From contig JAUCBJ010006881.1 of assembly GCA_032718475.1 (NCBI GenBank), positions 59,795-123,794 of the forward strand: 64,000 bases of DNA, given 5' to 3'. The DNA is from Nemertoderma westbladi. Lineage: Eukaryota > Animalia > Xenacoelomorpha. Within the stretch, counting starts at the first letter, position 1. Each line of letters begins with the position of its first letter. Under the pieces are notes generated by a model. It was not told the DNA's origin. It worked only from the letters and a program-made list of their open reading frames with translations, and did not search any database. Shown here piece after piece: positions 21,677-33,139 of this stretch. The position numbers and the translations under genes were made by a program.

Positions 21677-23103
21677 TACGTCTGGAGTGGGTGTATGACT
21701 ATATTGTTTCATCTATTTTATTATATTTTTATATGCGAACTTTATTATGTACTTTATTATAATCGTTTTTATTCAATTTTATTTAGTAGAATGTTATTTT
21801 AGTATTATTTAGTAGATTAGTGCAATATATTAGTGTTTATTACGTACGTAATTACTTATAATATATATTTAGTGCGACGGCGAGAAATAATTTTTTCTCT
21901 TTCCTTACTGTACGTATCATATTATAAATACGTGACTACAGTAAGATGAAATGTCCGTACTTCTTAAAGTACAATAAAGCCACTACTATATTCAAGTATT
22001 ATTGGTAGGCAGAGTATTAGGAATGCAAAGTTCAGATCCTCGTGTCTCGGCTAAGCCAAGCTCTGGGTAGACCTTGGAAACGACTTGCCTCTTCACACTG
22101 ACATTGCTTCGTGCGATATTGCTCTTCTACCTTATATATAATAATACATATAGTAGCGTGATGTCCCTATAACAGTAGCGTAAAACGCAAATAAATCTGT
22201 TAACCTTTTGACCATCTGTAATTCTAGTCGATTAAGATATCGCGGCACCCACCGATATACTTGAAAGACAAATTCTAGAATCAGTGGTTAACGTCCCCAG
22301 ACAAGTTCTGGAATAAATCGGTGCCCATCTTAAATATTAATTTAATATTTATTAAAATCTGTAAAATTCAGATCCTTTAAAATTTCTAGTCAATTAAGAT
22401 ATCGCAGCACTTACCGATACTCTTAAAAGACAATTTTATAGAATTAAAGATCCTATGTCCCCAGACCTGCTCTGGAATCAAATTGTGTCAATTTTAACAT
22501 CAAATAATAAAATTCACGGGAATAAATTTAAATTCATATTTTAAATGAATTTCATAAATTGTCATTTTGTACAATTTATAACATTCCCAAAATTCCATTA
22601 ATTAATAGATCATGGGAGCGGAGATTCATCCTATTGAGTGTATTAGAGTGCGAGAATCTCCAACATATAGTCAATAGCCGATAAAATTAACAAAATCATG
22701 CATAAAGAGGATATTGACAATTAAAGAATTATTATTAAATAGCATCCCAGATCTGTATGCATGAGAATTACCCTAATTCTACCGCTAGCATTCCATAATG
22801 TCACCATAGCAACACCCACGCTAGAATTAGAAGCAAGTTAAAAGAACAATAGAAAGCTTGTCCCATTGCATAGCATAGAGAACATAGCACACTGTTAGTA
22901 TCCAAGGATACACAGTAATAAAGTGACATTCTGGAAGGCACTGACTAACGGACAAATGGCCTGTGTGTGTGCAGTTGTTGACAGTTGTGTGGAATTTGTG
23001 CGTTTATAGGTGAATGTTACTGCTAAAGTATGTTTACAGTAGCTAGTCGCAATTGTAAAAATAGCCCAACTCTCCTATAGAAAGAACCTAAGTGGATCCA
23101 AGC

Positions 23104-23254
23104 CTTTGGGACGGACAGTGGAGTGACTTGTGCCGGTTATCGTTGTCGTGCTGTTGCTACATGTTGGCGTAAACACCGCGACGACGGTACATCGGCGCTG
23201 AGAATCCCACTGTCCGGGGGCAAAGAAAAGTAGGCAGCGACGCCCGCTCGCCTA
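23104..23254 (+). other. Long imperfect RNA hairpin plus small hairpin upstream of ORF3
   Basis: cggacagtgg/ccactgtccg, gtgccgg/tcggcgc and tatcgttgtcgtg/cgcgacgacggta pair with many G-U pairs; then taggcagcg/cgctcgccta. Confidence 0.6.
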
Positions 23255-23295
23255 AATACAAACTTATTTGATATTAATAAACTCAGATAGCAGAT

Positions 23296-26200
23296 ATGAC
23301 GGAGTTAATAGAAGATGATCTTGGTATTAGGGAGCGATATACTCTACCTTTGCAAGCATTTGTGGATAGCTTAATACGCGGTGAAGCCGATCCAACCATT
23401 ACGGAGGACGATGGTCGTTATATCGAACCGCCGATGTCCCAAGAGCAACTTGCGCGTGAATTGGACTATCGAAAATTCACCACTCGCTATACGAATCGTA
23501 ATGGTACGTATATGGACTTCCTAACGACCGGCCATCCTATCGACTTACATGATACGGACGATGTAGATACAGAAAGGGAAATGGTTCTATTTAAATATCA
23601 TACCCAGCAGAGTCGTAACGATAAACCGAGAATAGATCACGAAAATTCTATTCGTAATAGACTAGAAAGAGAAAACATTGAAGAACCGGATAAACGCATC
23701 GACTTCAACGAATACTTAGAGTTTTTGAGAGAAACCTATCTCAACGTCGCTAGTCAGCAGAACTTAGAGACTCGATATCCTCAAGGTATCCATCACGACC
23801 CTGTAGTCGAACTCAAACGGCTCTATTTCACTATGATGTATCTTACCGCCGATCGTCCACTACCTGTTATCCCGGATAGTTTTGAACAAATGGAAGAATA
23901 CTGCAAAACTGGAGAACGAACACCCGCGTTTCCTCTACAGGACGTACGTCTTTGGTATTATTGTGACGAATGTCCTAGACCTAACCAACAAACTGAAAGA
24001 CATAAACATCCGCAGAGACGTTGCGCTAAACATAGTTTTACGCGTTACACTTACGGGAGTTTCGAGCGAAACCTGTTCGACATACCACCCACGATCGCTC
24101 GTCTTAAACGATCACTGAATAAACCCATGATCAGAGTTCCGGAATACTCGGTCAGGCCTCCTCATTCCCTAGTGAGACCTCAAACTCTTGATCCTAACAG
24201 TATCACTGATCCTCCCGAACTATATTCCCTGTTCAAAGACTTAGTGTTACCCGAACAACTAATCGGTGGTGCTCCGGTAGTGGGTTCGTTAGACATCCGC
24301 CCATCCTACTTAGCCGGATTGGGACGCGGGCAGCTAATATCGCCCTTTGATCCTTACAATCGTCCAGGATTAAACCCAATACAACCCGCCACGGAAGTCG
24401 AGGAGAGTGTTATAAGAAACGCTTTAGACGCCATTCGACAGAAAATCGGAAAGGGAACACAATATTGTTTAGAGAAACGTAAATTACAACAACAAGTCCA
24501 ATCGGTGAAGGAGTTAGCCTTGCCACAATTCGATAGAGAAATCCAAAACCTCGAGGAAGACATCGAGCTTGGACGCACGTATTCTCTACAAGAATTTTTA
24601 GATGAACGCTTACAGAGACAAGCAGAAGAAAATCTAATCGAAGAGAAACACACGAAACTGGAAGAAAGAGAAGAAGCCGCTTTAGCCCAACCTGAAGCTC
24701 AAATCCTCATGACGGACCTCTACTCTAAAACCGTTCGTCATCCCTCTATGATTCCACATTTCGGAGACAAGCTCTTCGCGACGATACAACCTCAACCGGT
24801 TGATATCAGTACAGGATCGCAAAACCTTATCGCTGACGCCCCTATGTTACAGCGTCCGCCGATCGAGGCCGCTCGTGTTGACGGTATACTCGTTGAACCT
24901 CCGGACAATCGAGCGGATCTTGTCCGTCGTATGGTACACGATGTCAACATACGCGCTAGACCTTTACAGAACTCGTTTTACGGGATTAAAGACCACCCTT
25001 ATTACGTTAATCTGACTCAATATTATATGGTAAAACCAGAAGACCCGACACATGATTTAAAGTTTCTACCACTAATAAATCCTCTAGACATTGTCGAACT
25101 CGAACAATTGCAGAAACATCTGGATCAGTTTGTAAAGGTAAACTCATTTAGAAAACCATATAACATTTCTCGAATCGAGAAAGATATAGAACCTCCTTAT
25201 AACCTCGATGGATTTATTAAAACTCGATTAGTCCATTGGAATCTAGATGTATTATTTGAAGAAGAGAAAATACAAAGATTTGGAAATGTGGAGACGTATA
25301 CCACTCGGCATATGAAGTATAGTGACCTCCCTGACGCTAACCAATGCGCCACCTTGTGGCATCCAGTAGGGATGACCCTAGAGAACGCCACCAAGGAGTG
25401 GAATGAAACTCTTAATGTTATTGAGATGTATGGAGTTGTCACCTACGATAATGAAGGTAGCGTTCCGGTCGGAGAGCTAGGAACTACGCGCATGATCCAC
25501 ATCCGCGGATTAGCTGGTTCTACCCACGTGTTTACTCGAGCGTGTTCCGACTTGATTGATTATTCTTTTGAAACTCTCACCGAAACACAAAAGAATCTCC
25601 GACATGGACAATTCGAACTCGCGCAGCGTTACGTCATTGACACCGAACGCAAACCGGCCATGGGCATCGATGGATCGATGTTACCCCAGCCCGTACTCGA
25701 GATGTTGTTCAACGAAAGAATCCTTAAAATCGGCTCAGCTGTTTATGGAGATCTCCAAAACGACTTTCGAAATATGGAGGACATTCCATACCCTTTCGTT
25801 GATACTCAGCTGATTGCTCCCTGGGCAGAAGGTCGAGGTTTCTTCCGCACCATGTATGCTAATACGTCTAGCAACATTACCAAGGTGCAACGAACTTCCA
25901 TCGGACATCTTGCCTTTCAGGAATACGGATGGAATTTCAAAGTCGGAAATCCCATTAACTATCAACAGGTATACGGAGACCATTATTCTCGATTATACTT
26001 TGATGGACCATTGACCGCACCTGGCGCCGTGTATAGCTTCATGAGTGTTCCGCTCCGTCCCTCCTTAGCTATATACACGATCTTTGAAAACACCGCACTT
26101 GCCGGTTGGCTAGCCGATGTGTGCAGTCGTACTATACGCGCCCATCCATTAATACTTGGGACCAAACTCGCGAAACTAGATGAACATAATAAATTCATCC

Positions 26201-27549
26201 GTTTCGAATGTTTCCGGAGATTTTTAACCCCGTTTCGCAACGTGGATAGCCAATTTAAAGACTGCGCTTTGACCAAACTCAGCCTAAGAAACTCAGCTGC
26301 AGAGAAGTTGGATAGCGCTGGATTCGCCATTTTCCAAGAGATTTGTATATCGAACTTGCACTCCTCAGTTATACAAAGACCTCGAATCCCCACAGGTTAT
26401 TCTGTCGTGGAAATTCAGACGATAGGTCCACCTGAAGAGACAGACACGCCCACTTCAGCTATGCACTTGGAAGACGAACCAATATGTCTAGAATCTGAAG
26501 AGATTCAGCCTATCGCGCCCCGGACCAGCGACAACGATTACATCATAGAATGGTATCAAGGCCCACAGTGTCTCACTGCGTACGATTATCGACATGCCAA
26601 CTATGTTTCTAGGCAACATTGTCGGTTATGCGCATCGAGAGACCACGATACGCCCCTGGACACCAACGTCCGCTGTTCCTATTTCCGACTACAACCGACT
26701 ATGGAAATTTATTGCGCATATTGCAGACTCAATAACTTACATATCTTTGCAGTTTGCCCTCAATTTATGACTCAATGTCACCATTGTCAACTAAAGGGAC
26801 ATGCTAGTTTCGACTGCCCTTTTAATCACGATTTGGAAAGCGTAGATGAAATGATCACACTGCGTTACATCAGAGCTTGGGAAGCGAACGCTGATTTACA
26901 TTGTGATTCGCGCCATCGCTATTATCCCGGACGCGCTTACGAAGGAGTTTATGCGTTCCATCCTTATCTATTCGCTTCGGTTGAACAGAAATCACGCATA
27001 TCAAGTTACGAGCTACTGAAGCGCGTCGGAGAATGTATTTCAACCAAATTCGTACGCAAATTTCTCAGGAGTGTTAATCCTAGCGACCTTCATTCCTATA
27101 ACTTAATCAATTATATCCGTCAGGATCCGGACTATGGAGACTTGTTTGTTAACTCACATCCCGAGTTGCAGGAAGTACATCGAAGGCCTTACGAATACCG
27201 AGCCCGCGAACGCGAGTTGGAAAGGACCATTAAACCCCGGAAGTTTCTAACTGCCTATGGTCCACCCACGGCCCTCGTTCAGACCACTCGTAAAGGACCC
27301 GTAAGAGCGGCTGTCTTGAAACGAGCTCTCAAAGCCGTTAGACCCCTCTCACCTGACGTTGATGTCAATCAACCCGGTACTTCGACTGGCGGATACACCG
27401 ACCATAATCCTACACCCTCTGATGCAATCATATTGCACCCTTCACCCAGGAGTTATAGCCCTCCTTGTAAAGTGGCTCGCCCCAAAGAGAAAAGGACTCT
27501 TGCTAGCTTTAAAAAACTGCGTAAACGCCGTCCGCGCAAGAAAGACTAA
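23296..27549 (+). CDS. Retrotransposon accessory ORF3: DEDDy-like 3'-5' exonuclease fold + Zn knuckles + coiled coil + basic C-terminal NLS
   Basis: Intact 1417 aa inside the LTRs. Motifs VVTYDNEG (ExoI-like), LPQPVLEMLFNERILKIGSAVYGD (ExoII-like), FVDTQLIA, SIGHLA, IYTIFE (degenerate ExoIII); CRLC/CAYC/CHHCQLKGHASFDC; KKLRKRRPRKK. Confidence 0.8.
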   Translation: MTELIEDDLGIRERYTLPLQAFVDSLIRGEADPTITEDDGRYIEPPMSQEQLARELDYRKFTTRYTNRNGTYMDFLTTGHPIDLHDTDDVDTEREMVLFKYHTQQSRNDKPRIDHENSIRNRLERENIEEPDKRIDFNEYLEFLRETYLNVASQQNLETRYPQGIHHDPVVELKRLYFTMMYLTADRPLPVIPDSFEQMEEYCKTGERTPAFPLQDVRLWYYCDECPRPNQQTERHKHPQRRCAKHSFTRYTYGSFERNLFDIPPTIARLKRSLNKPMIRVPEYSVRPPHSLVRPQTLDPNSITDPPELYSLFKDLVLPEQLIGGAPVVGSLDIRPSYLAGLGRGQLISPFDPYNRPGLNPIQPATEVEESVIRNALDAIRQKIGKGTQYCLEKRKLQQQVQSVKELALPQFDREIQNLEEDIELGRTYSLQEFLDERLQRQAEENLIEEKHTKLEEREEAALAQPEAQILMTDLYSKTVRHPSMIPHFGDKLFATIQPQPVDISTGSQNLIADAPMLQRPPIEAARVDGILVEPPDNRADLVRRMVHDVNIRARPLQNSFYGIKDHPYYVNLTQYYMVKPEDPTHDLKFLPLINPLDIVELEQLQKHLDQFVKVNSFRKPYNISRIEKDIEPPYNLDGFIKTRLVHWNLDVLFEEEKIQRFGNVETYTTRHMKYSDLPDANQCATLWHPVGMTLENATKEWNETLNVIEMYGVVTYDNEGSVPVGELGTTRMIHIRGLAGSTHVFTRACSDLIDYSFETLTETQKNLRHGQFELAQRYVIDTERKPAMGIDGSMLPQPVLEMLFNERILKIGSAVYGDLQNDFRNMEDIPYPFVDTQLIAPWAEGRGFFRTMYANTSSNITKVQRTSIGHLAFQEYGWNFKVGNPINYQQVYGDHYSRLYFDGPLTAPGAVYSFMSVPLRPSLAIYTIFENTALAGWLADVCSRTIRAHPLILGTKLAKLDEHNKFIRFECFRRFLTPFRNVDSQFKDCALTKLSLRNSAAEKLDSAGFAIFQEICISNLHSSVIQRPRIPTGYSVVEIQTIGPPEETDTPTSAMHLEDEPICLESEEIQPIAPRTSDNDYIIEWYQGPQCLTAYDYRHANYVSRQHCRLCASRDHDTPLDTNVRCSYFRLQPTMEIYCAYCRLNNLHIFAVCPQFMTQCHHCQLKGHASFDCPFNHDLESVDEMITLRYIRAWEANADLHCDSRHRYYPGRAYEGVYAFHPYLFASVEQKSRISSYELLKRVGECISTKFVRKFLRSVNPSDLHSYNLINYIRQDPDYGDLFVNSHPELQEVHRRPYEYRARERELERTIKPRKFLTAYGPPTALVQTTRKGPVRAAVLKRALKAVRPLSPDVDVNQPGTSTGGYTDHNPTPSDAIILHPSPRSYSPPCKVARPKEKRTLASFKKLRKRRPRKKD

Positions 27550-27619
27550 CTGTTTAGAGTATTTACGTATATTAGAAACTGTGATTTTGTATATTTTATA
27601 GACTCAAATCCCATTTTCT

Positions 27620-27627
27620 GGGAGCGG
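27620..27627 (+). promoter_or_regulatory. Short purine-rich tract (GGGAGCGG, PPT) abutting the 3' LTR
   Basis: Lies directly before the TG of the 3' LTR. Confidence 0.6.
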
Positions 27628-28909
27628 TGTAAAAGCTTCTGTGGGATATAACTGGCCCCTTTGCTTCGCAATCCAGTTTCCCCCCAGGCGCTGGAATACT
27701 CTAAAAAGGTTCTCTAACTGTATAAATATTCCCCTCGCCCTCAAGGTACCGTTACAGGTGTTTTAACGGACATAAAAGTCATTCTGCTATATACGTGTTT
27801 TAGCGGACATGGTAAGACAAAAAACCTGCAATGCGACAAATACCTTTCATAGCTTAGCCGTGATGATTAATATTACGACATCTAACAGCTGGTTGCTGAC
27901 ATGGAAACAGCCATTGAACGCATGGTTCTTTGTTTGGCTTGAACCAATCAGAGCGATTTTTCCTGTCGACGTGTAGCTTTTCGGTCGATCATAGGGAGAG
28001 TGTTCAGTCTTACTGTTTTTTCTTGATACTTTGTTGTTATTGCTGTCTAGGCCAGGAACAACGGCTCTAGAGTCAATTCGTTTCATACTTTTATAAGAAA
28101 CATTAGTAGGCTTAAATTATAGAGCGTATGACTGTTATGAATACACAGTCTATATCATAACACATCATATATCAATTTATATCAACTTGTTTCTATTCTT
28201 GTATTATCGGTTCAATATACATTATTATACTGCTGTTTACTATTGTTTGGTGGAACATTATTTGGAGAACATATATAAAGAACCCAAATTTCCCAATTTT
28301 CTTGATACACTACAGGTTAGAGAGACGGGTTATATATAGCGATTGCGACTTATATTGTTGTGGTTTGTAGTGAATTTAATGCTATTTAATAAGCACTACA
28401 TTGGTCCGTTGCTATTCCCTTTATATATGATAAAATTCATTGACGGTCGGCAAATTAGTGAGCAGTATTGTGTGTTACCGGTATTGTGCATGATTGTGAT
28501 TGATAACTAAGCATTTCCTAAAGAATGCGCCTCATACGTGAATCTTAAGCCTTACCGACTTACCGTTGTGATTAGTATAAGTCATATCTCTGTTTACTTA
28601 GATAGAGCGCCACGTCCTAAAGGAACTGTTAATATTTCCCGAAAGTAAATAATATTAGTCAGAAATTAATTATTAACGATCAATCGAATAATACAATACA
28701 GTAAGCTTCACTGCAATAATAATTTAAGCCGACAGAATCCAGTCTCCCGGGATTATCCAGCGGGTGAATGGACGCGCACTAGGCTGGCTTCTGCTAATGT
28801 TGTGTTTATTGGTATAAAATATTTGTCTTCTTCTAAAGTATATTTATAAACCAAAAGACATATAAATTTTGGCAGGTTAAACTGCTAAAGGTCTTCAAAA
28901 GCGCGTACA
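27628..28909 (+). repeat. 3' LTR
   Basis: Near-identical to 10133-11414; followed by the CCGTG TSD. Confidence 0.97.
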
Positions 28910-29289
28910 CCGTGTTCTATTATTGATAAAGTTTAAGTTTATATATTTTATTCAATAAAACTCATAGTTAAATTAACACATGAGGCAGTCTATGTTTATA
29001 TTTGTAAAAATATATTTAGGCAAAATATTATCTTTGGGCAGATAATAATGGGATACTAGCTTTTTGTCTCAATTCTGTACCTGTTGTGTTCGTTATTTTT
29101 TGTCAAATATTAAGCGAAATGCATAATTTTGTACCTTTTCAAGTTTATACAGTATGTCCTTGTAACTAATTTTTGTTATTCATTTATAGTCTATAAATAA
29201 CAGCAATAAATTTTGATTGGCTAACGGGTATTGTACTGTAGCTCCAGTTAACATTTAATTCAAATTTCACATTTAATTCTAATGAAGAT

Positions 29290-29900
29290 TTATTAGAATC
29301 TCTTCATTTGATTCAGCAGTTTTGAGGAATCCCATCTCGTATAATCTATACGATAATTTTTCCCTGTTTATGGGAATTGAAGGAAGGCCTTGCTAAGATC
29401 CAAGAATGCAACAGCTACAGTACGTATCCCCCCTTATTTAACTTTTCTCTCCAGAATTCAGTCAAGTATGTTACGGCATCTACTGTAGAGTATCCTTTAC
29501 GGAAACCAAACTGTTTTTTTTGAAGATTTATGAAGTTGTGCATCTAAATGAGAATTGTGATTTATTGTTATTACGACTAATACAACTATAGATGCGTTTA
29601 CCTGTGCTATTTGTTGCGATATTGATATCCCACCATAAAATTTCACAATATTAATGTAAACTCATTTAATACGTCCGCCATCTGTTTAATACCTCCGCCA
29701 TCTGTTTACTGTCAGTAATATTTTCCCTAAGTGTTTTAAACTACAAATTAAATTTAGTTTTCCTTTTATATGTAAGATGTGATTTATCAGTTTCCATCCT
29801 TTATTATTGTAGTCCGTTGCTTGTTTAAATTTTTGCCTTATATCAGAATTTTTTAATTTGCTATTTAGATTGTTGTATTACATTATATAATTTATAATCT
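29290..29900 (-). pseudogene. Degenerate non-LTR (CR1/L2-like) RT fragment
   Basis: Minus strand reads QFGFRKGYSTVDAVTYLTEFWREKLNKG...AFLDLSKAF across frameshifts. Confidence 0.75.
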
Positions 29901-29934
29901 GCATCTAATTTAGTTTTTCTCCAATTTAATTTAA

Positions 29935-30207
29935 AAACATACTTACAGTGTTCTGTCCCTATTGTTGAGAACATACTTACCGTATTCTGTACATATTATT
30001 GGGAACATACTTACCGTGTTCTGGTCTATTATTGAGAACATACTTACCGTGTTCTGCACCTATTGTTGAGAACATAATTACCATGTTCAGCGCCTATTGT
30101 TGAGAACATACTTACCGTATTCTGCACATATTATTGAGAACATATTTACCGTGTTCTGGTCTATTATTGAGAACATATTTACCGTGTTCTGTGCCTATTA
30201 TTGAGAA
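29935..30207. repeat. ~34-bp minisatellite (gagaacatacttaccgtgttctgtgcctattatt)
   Basis: About 8 tandem units. Confidence 0.9.
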
Positions 30208-30795
30208 ATGAGATTGCTTCAAACACATGTAAAATTACATACAACATCTATTTACATACAAACACTTTAAGAAATGTTTAGTAGCGAAAAATTCAATTGA
30301 TTTCTCTCCATTAAATGGGAATCGCCTCTTGAATTATCTATAACGTTTAAACAAAACAAAACTGATAAACAAAACTTTACCTACATACTTTATATACAAA
30401 CAATAAGTGAGTGAAAATATTCTTAATTAATAATTAGTTGTAATTGATTAATTTAAAAAATGGTTGCTTCGTTAACATTGCACTGTGGATAATCTTTAAT
30501 AGAAATTGCACTTTTTATTGTTACCCCCGTCGTCCAACAGTTTATAAGACTACAAATTATTGACTGGTAACTACTGTATATACAATTTAACACAGTTTAT
30601 AAGAATATTAAGTTATAAAATTGATAACTATATACTATAGGCTATCTCTATGTTAGCTGCATTAAGCGATAATTCAGCGATAAGATTGGCGAAATAAATA
30701 GAACAAAGTTTTAACTTCAATTAATAACAAAAAGCACAAATATGTGAATATTACATCCGGGAACAGTTTGGACCCATTCTAATTATATATCTTAA

Positions 30796-31849
30796 CTATA
30801 ACTCGTTCTTAACTCGTTTGGAAAGAGACAAAACCAGGTCAGTTTTTTGAGCCACCCTTTTACAACCTGACATCGAATAAACCTCAGTTTCTTCTGGGAA
30901 ATATTGAAGTTTATATATAACTTTATTTACCAGAGTCTCGTCAGGCACCATACCTTTCAGTCTCATATAATCTCTTATACAATCCTTTACGTGGGAACGT
31001 TCCATCGGTAGGAACGGGATATAGGCGTCGACAAGGAATCCGATATAAGCGCAGAGTGTTGCAAACCGCCCGCGGAGTCATGACCTCCCGCCTGCAACAC
31101 CTTCTCTACGTCGGTGAGAGCCAGAGTCTTGCGATCCCGTCCCTCCTTCCAGTGGTTGTACGCCAGCTCTAGAATCTCCGACCCTCCGGTGTTACTAAGG
31201 AAGATAAATATCGCCTTCCGGAAGTCTAAACCCTTGATGGCCTCGTGGTAATCAGTAAACGGTATCAACGCATCCATAAGTCCGACTTCCATTTCGTGAA
31301 CCTCGTCGAATATAAACAGAGATCGCTCACAATTTCGAACAGCTGATGTTACATTTCGCACCAACTGATCTTTGTATTCGGCTGTATGGGAAGCGTGTGG
31401 GAAGTCTATCGGAGCTATAAAATGATGCACAAAGTTGCTTTTCATCCCGTAGAAATATAAACTGTCGCTAATTATAGTACTCACAAAGTTTTTCCCGGTT
31501 CCAGCCCATCCGTGGAACGATAGGACCAATGCCTTGTAGGGTTGGGATTATTAACGTGGTTATAGATGGTGCGGACTACTGTTTCCACTACAAGGTGCTG
31601 CCCATGGACTTTCTCCACGAGTTGGTGTTGAAGTCGCGTCACATTCGCAGGTATCCACGCGCATGTACAGCACTCTAATCTAAGGCAATATGGGTTCCAA
31701 CCAATCCCTTTCCCGAAGTTTCGTAGAGTAGATAAAGATAAGCCGAAATAGCTTTGCGTTGATAAGGTTTGAACTGCTTCAAAAATCATCAGGAAATATA
31801 TGAAATATTGTACCATAGCCGTAGGCTTAGGCCTACCTTTTGTCGTCAT
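30796..31849 (-). pseudogene. TOR1: Intronless Torsin-1-like AAA+ ATPase, two 1-nt frameshifts (probable retrocopy)
   Basis: Hydrophobic N-terminus, ECC, HGQHLV, LSFHGWAGTGKN (Walker A), FIFDE (Walker B), FIFLSN, GCKRV, C-terminal KNEL. Frameshifts at ~31535 and ~31033. Confidence 0.85.
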
Positions 31850-32116
31850 ATTTACAGATTTTTAGTTCAGGAGTACAGGGAATTCTGGAATTAATTACTC
31901 AATTAAAACAGTACCGGTACAGCAAAAGTACTGAGTACATTGAAATTTGAAACAGAATATCAAATAGGTTTTACAAATCTAGACCTATTTTATGAATTTT
32001 ATTAATTAAGAATTTAAATTACAGTAGATAGATATAACTACTGTAACTACACCATATACGTAAATCTGGTTTGGTGAAATGTTATCTTTCACTTAAGTGG
32101 AACGGGTACCTATATA

Positions 32117-33115
32117 GTCGAGTCAATCTAGCAAAAACCCCATAAGTATTTCGCAATCAATCCGAACCACATATTTTGGATTCTATATTACCTTATAAAT
32201 GACCAAAAAAAAGTCTATAAAATTTTATTTTGCGGATCATATGTTTATTCATGGAAATTCTGCGTAAATTTGCATAACACAAGCCAAACAAAAGGAACAA
32301 CAGTAGGGAAAAGTAAGTAGCAAATTGGTGATGTTCCAGAATAATTTAATTAATTTCACAATAAGCTGTGATTTATTGGGAATTTAGTAATATTTACACT
32401 GGCGTGTTACACATTAATTGCTATATCTCGGAAACTAGAAGTCGCATTAAATTTTTAAATATATCAAAAACTTCACGATATATTAAGGTAACTGTTGTAA
32501 AAAAGTTATACAATTCCACGGCAAGGAAATTTCATAATTTCTATTAATGTTAGCGAAGATTTTTCACAAACTTAAATTATGATTGCTCTATTGATTTTAG
32601 GTGTAATTTATTTATTTGTTTTAGTTTGAAAACCACAATAGTTTATCATATATCGAATAAATTTTTTTGGGGATAAGGGTTTTTGAGGTCGATAAATCTG
32701 ATGGGCGACGTTACATACACCCGTTTAGTAGAGAAGTTGTGTAAATAAGGTCCTTATATTGTACCAGCAAAATTTATATTAAAAATGGTTAAATTATTAG
32801 ACAAATATCCGTTGCTCTGGTAACTAAATTGGAAATTATATAGAAGTGCATACTTCTGTCAATCGATAGTCATGCGAGTAAAGTTTGTCTGTACCAAATT
32901 TGGAGACAATCCCACCAATAGACCCCTTGTTGCTATGTAAAATCCATGTTGCTAAGGAAAGAAACAGGAAATTGAAGGTGATCCGCATAATATATTTTTA
33001 TAGACTTTTTTGGGGGTATTAACAAGGTAATGTAGAATAAAAAAAAGTTGGTTTGTATGAATTGCGAATTTGTTATGGATGGCCGGACCCCTTTTTTCGG
33101 CTAGATTGACTCCCC
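32117..33115. mobile_element. ~1-kb TIR non-autonomous DNA element (TA-flanked)
   Basis: gagtcaatctagc / gctagattgactc termini, plus inner inverted blocks aaaaaagtctata / tatagacttttt and gcggatca / tgatccgc. Confidence 0.7.
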
Positions 33116-33139
33116 TAATATCATTTAATGTTGCAAGGC

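Larger units (their letters stand above)
10133..28909 (+). mobile_element. Full-length BEL/Pao LTR retrotransposon (18,777 bp) with extra ORF3
   Basis: TG...CA LTRs of 1282 bp; 5-bp TSD CCGTG at 10128-10132 and 28910-28914; BEL-type triple Zn knuckle in gag; PR-RT-RH-IN order. Confidence 0.97.

Noticed and set aside
23296-27549. ORF3 as an env/fusion glycoprotein
   Set aside because: No signal peptide or transmembrane anchor evident; it has nucleic-acid-binding motifs and an NLS-like tail instead.
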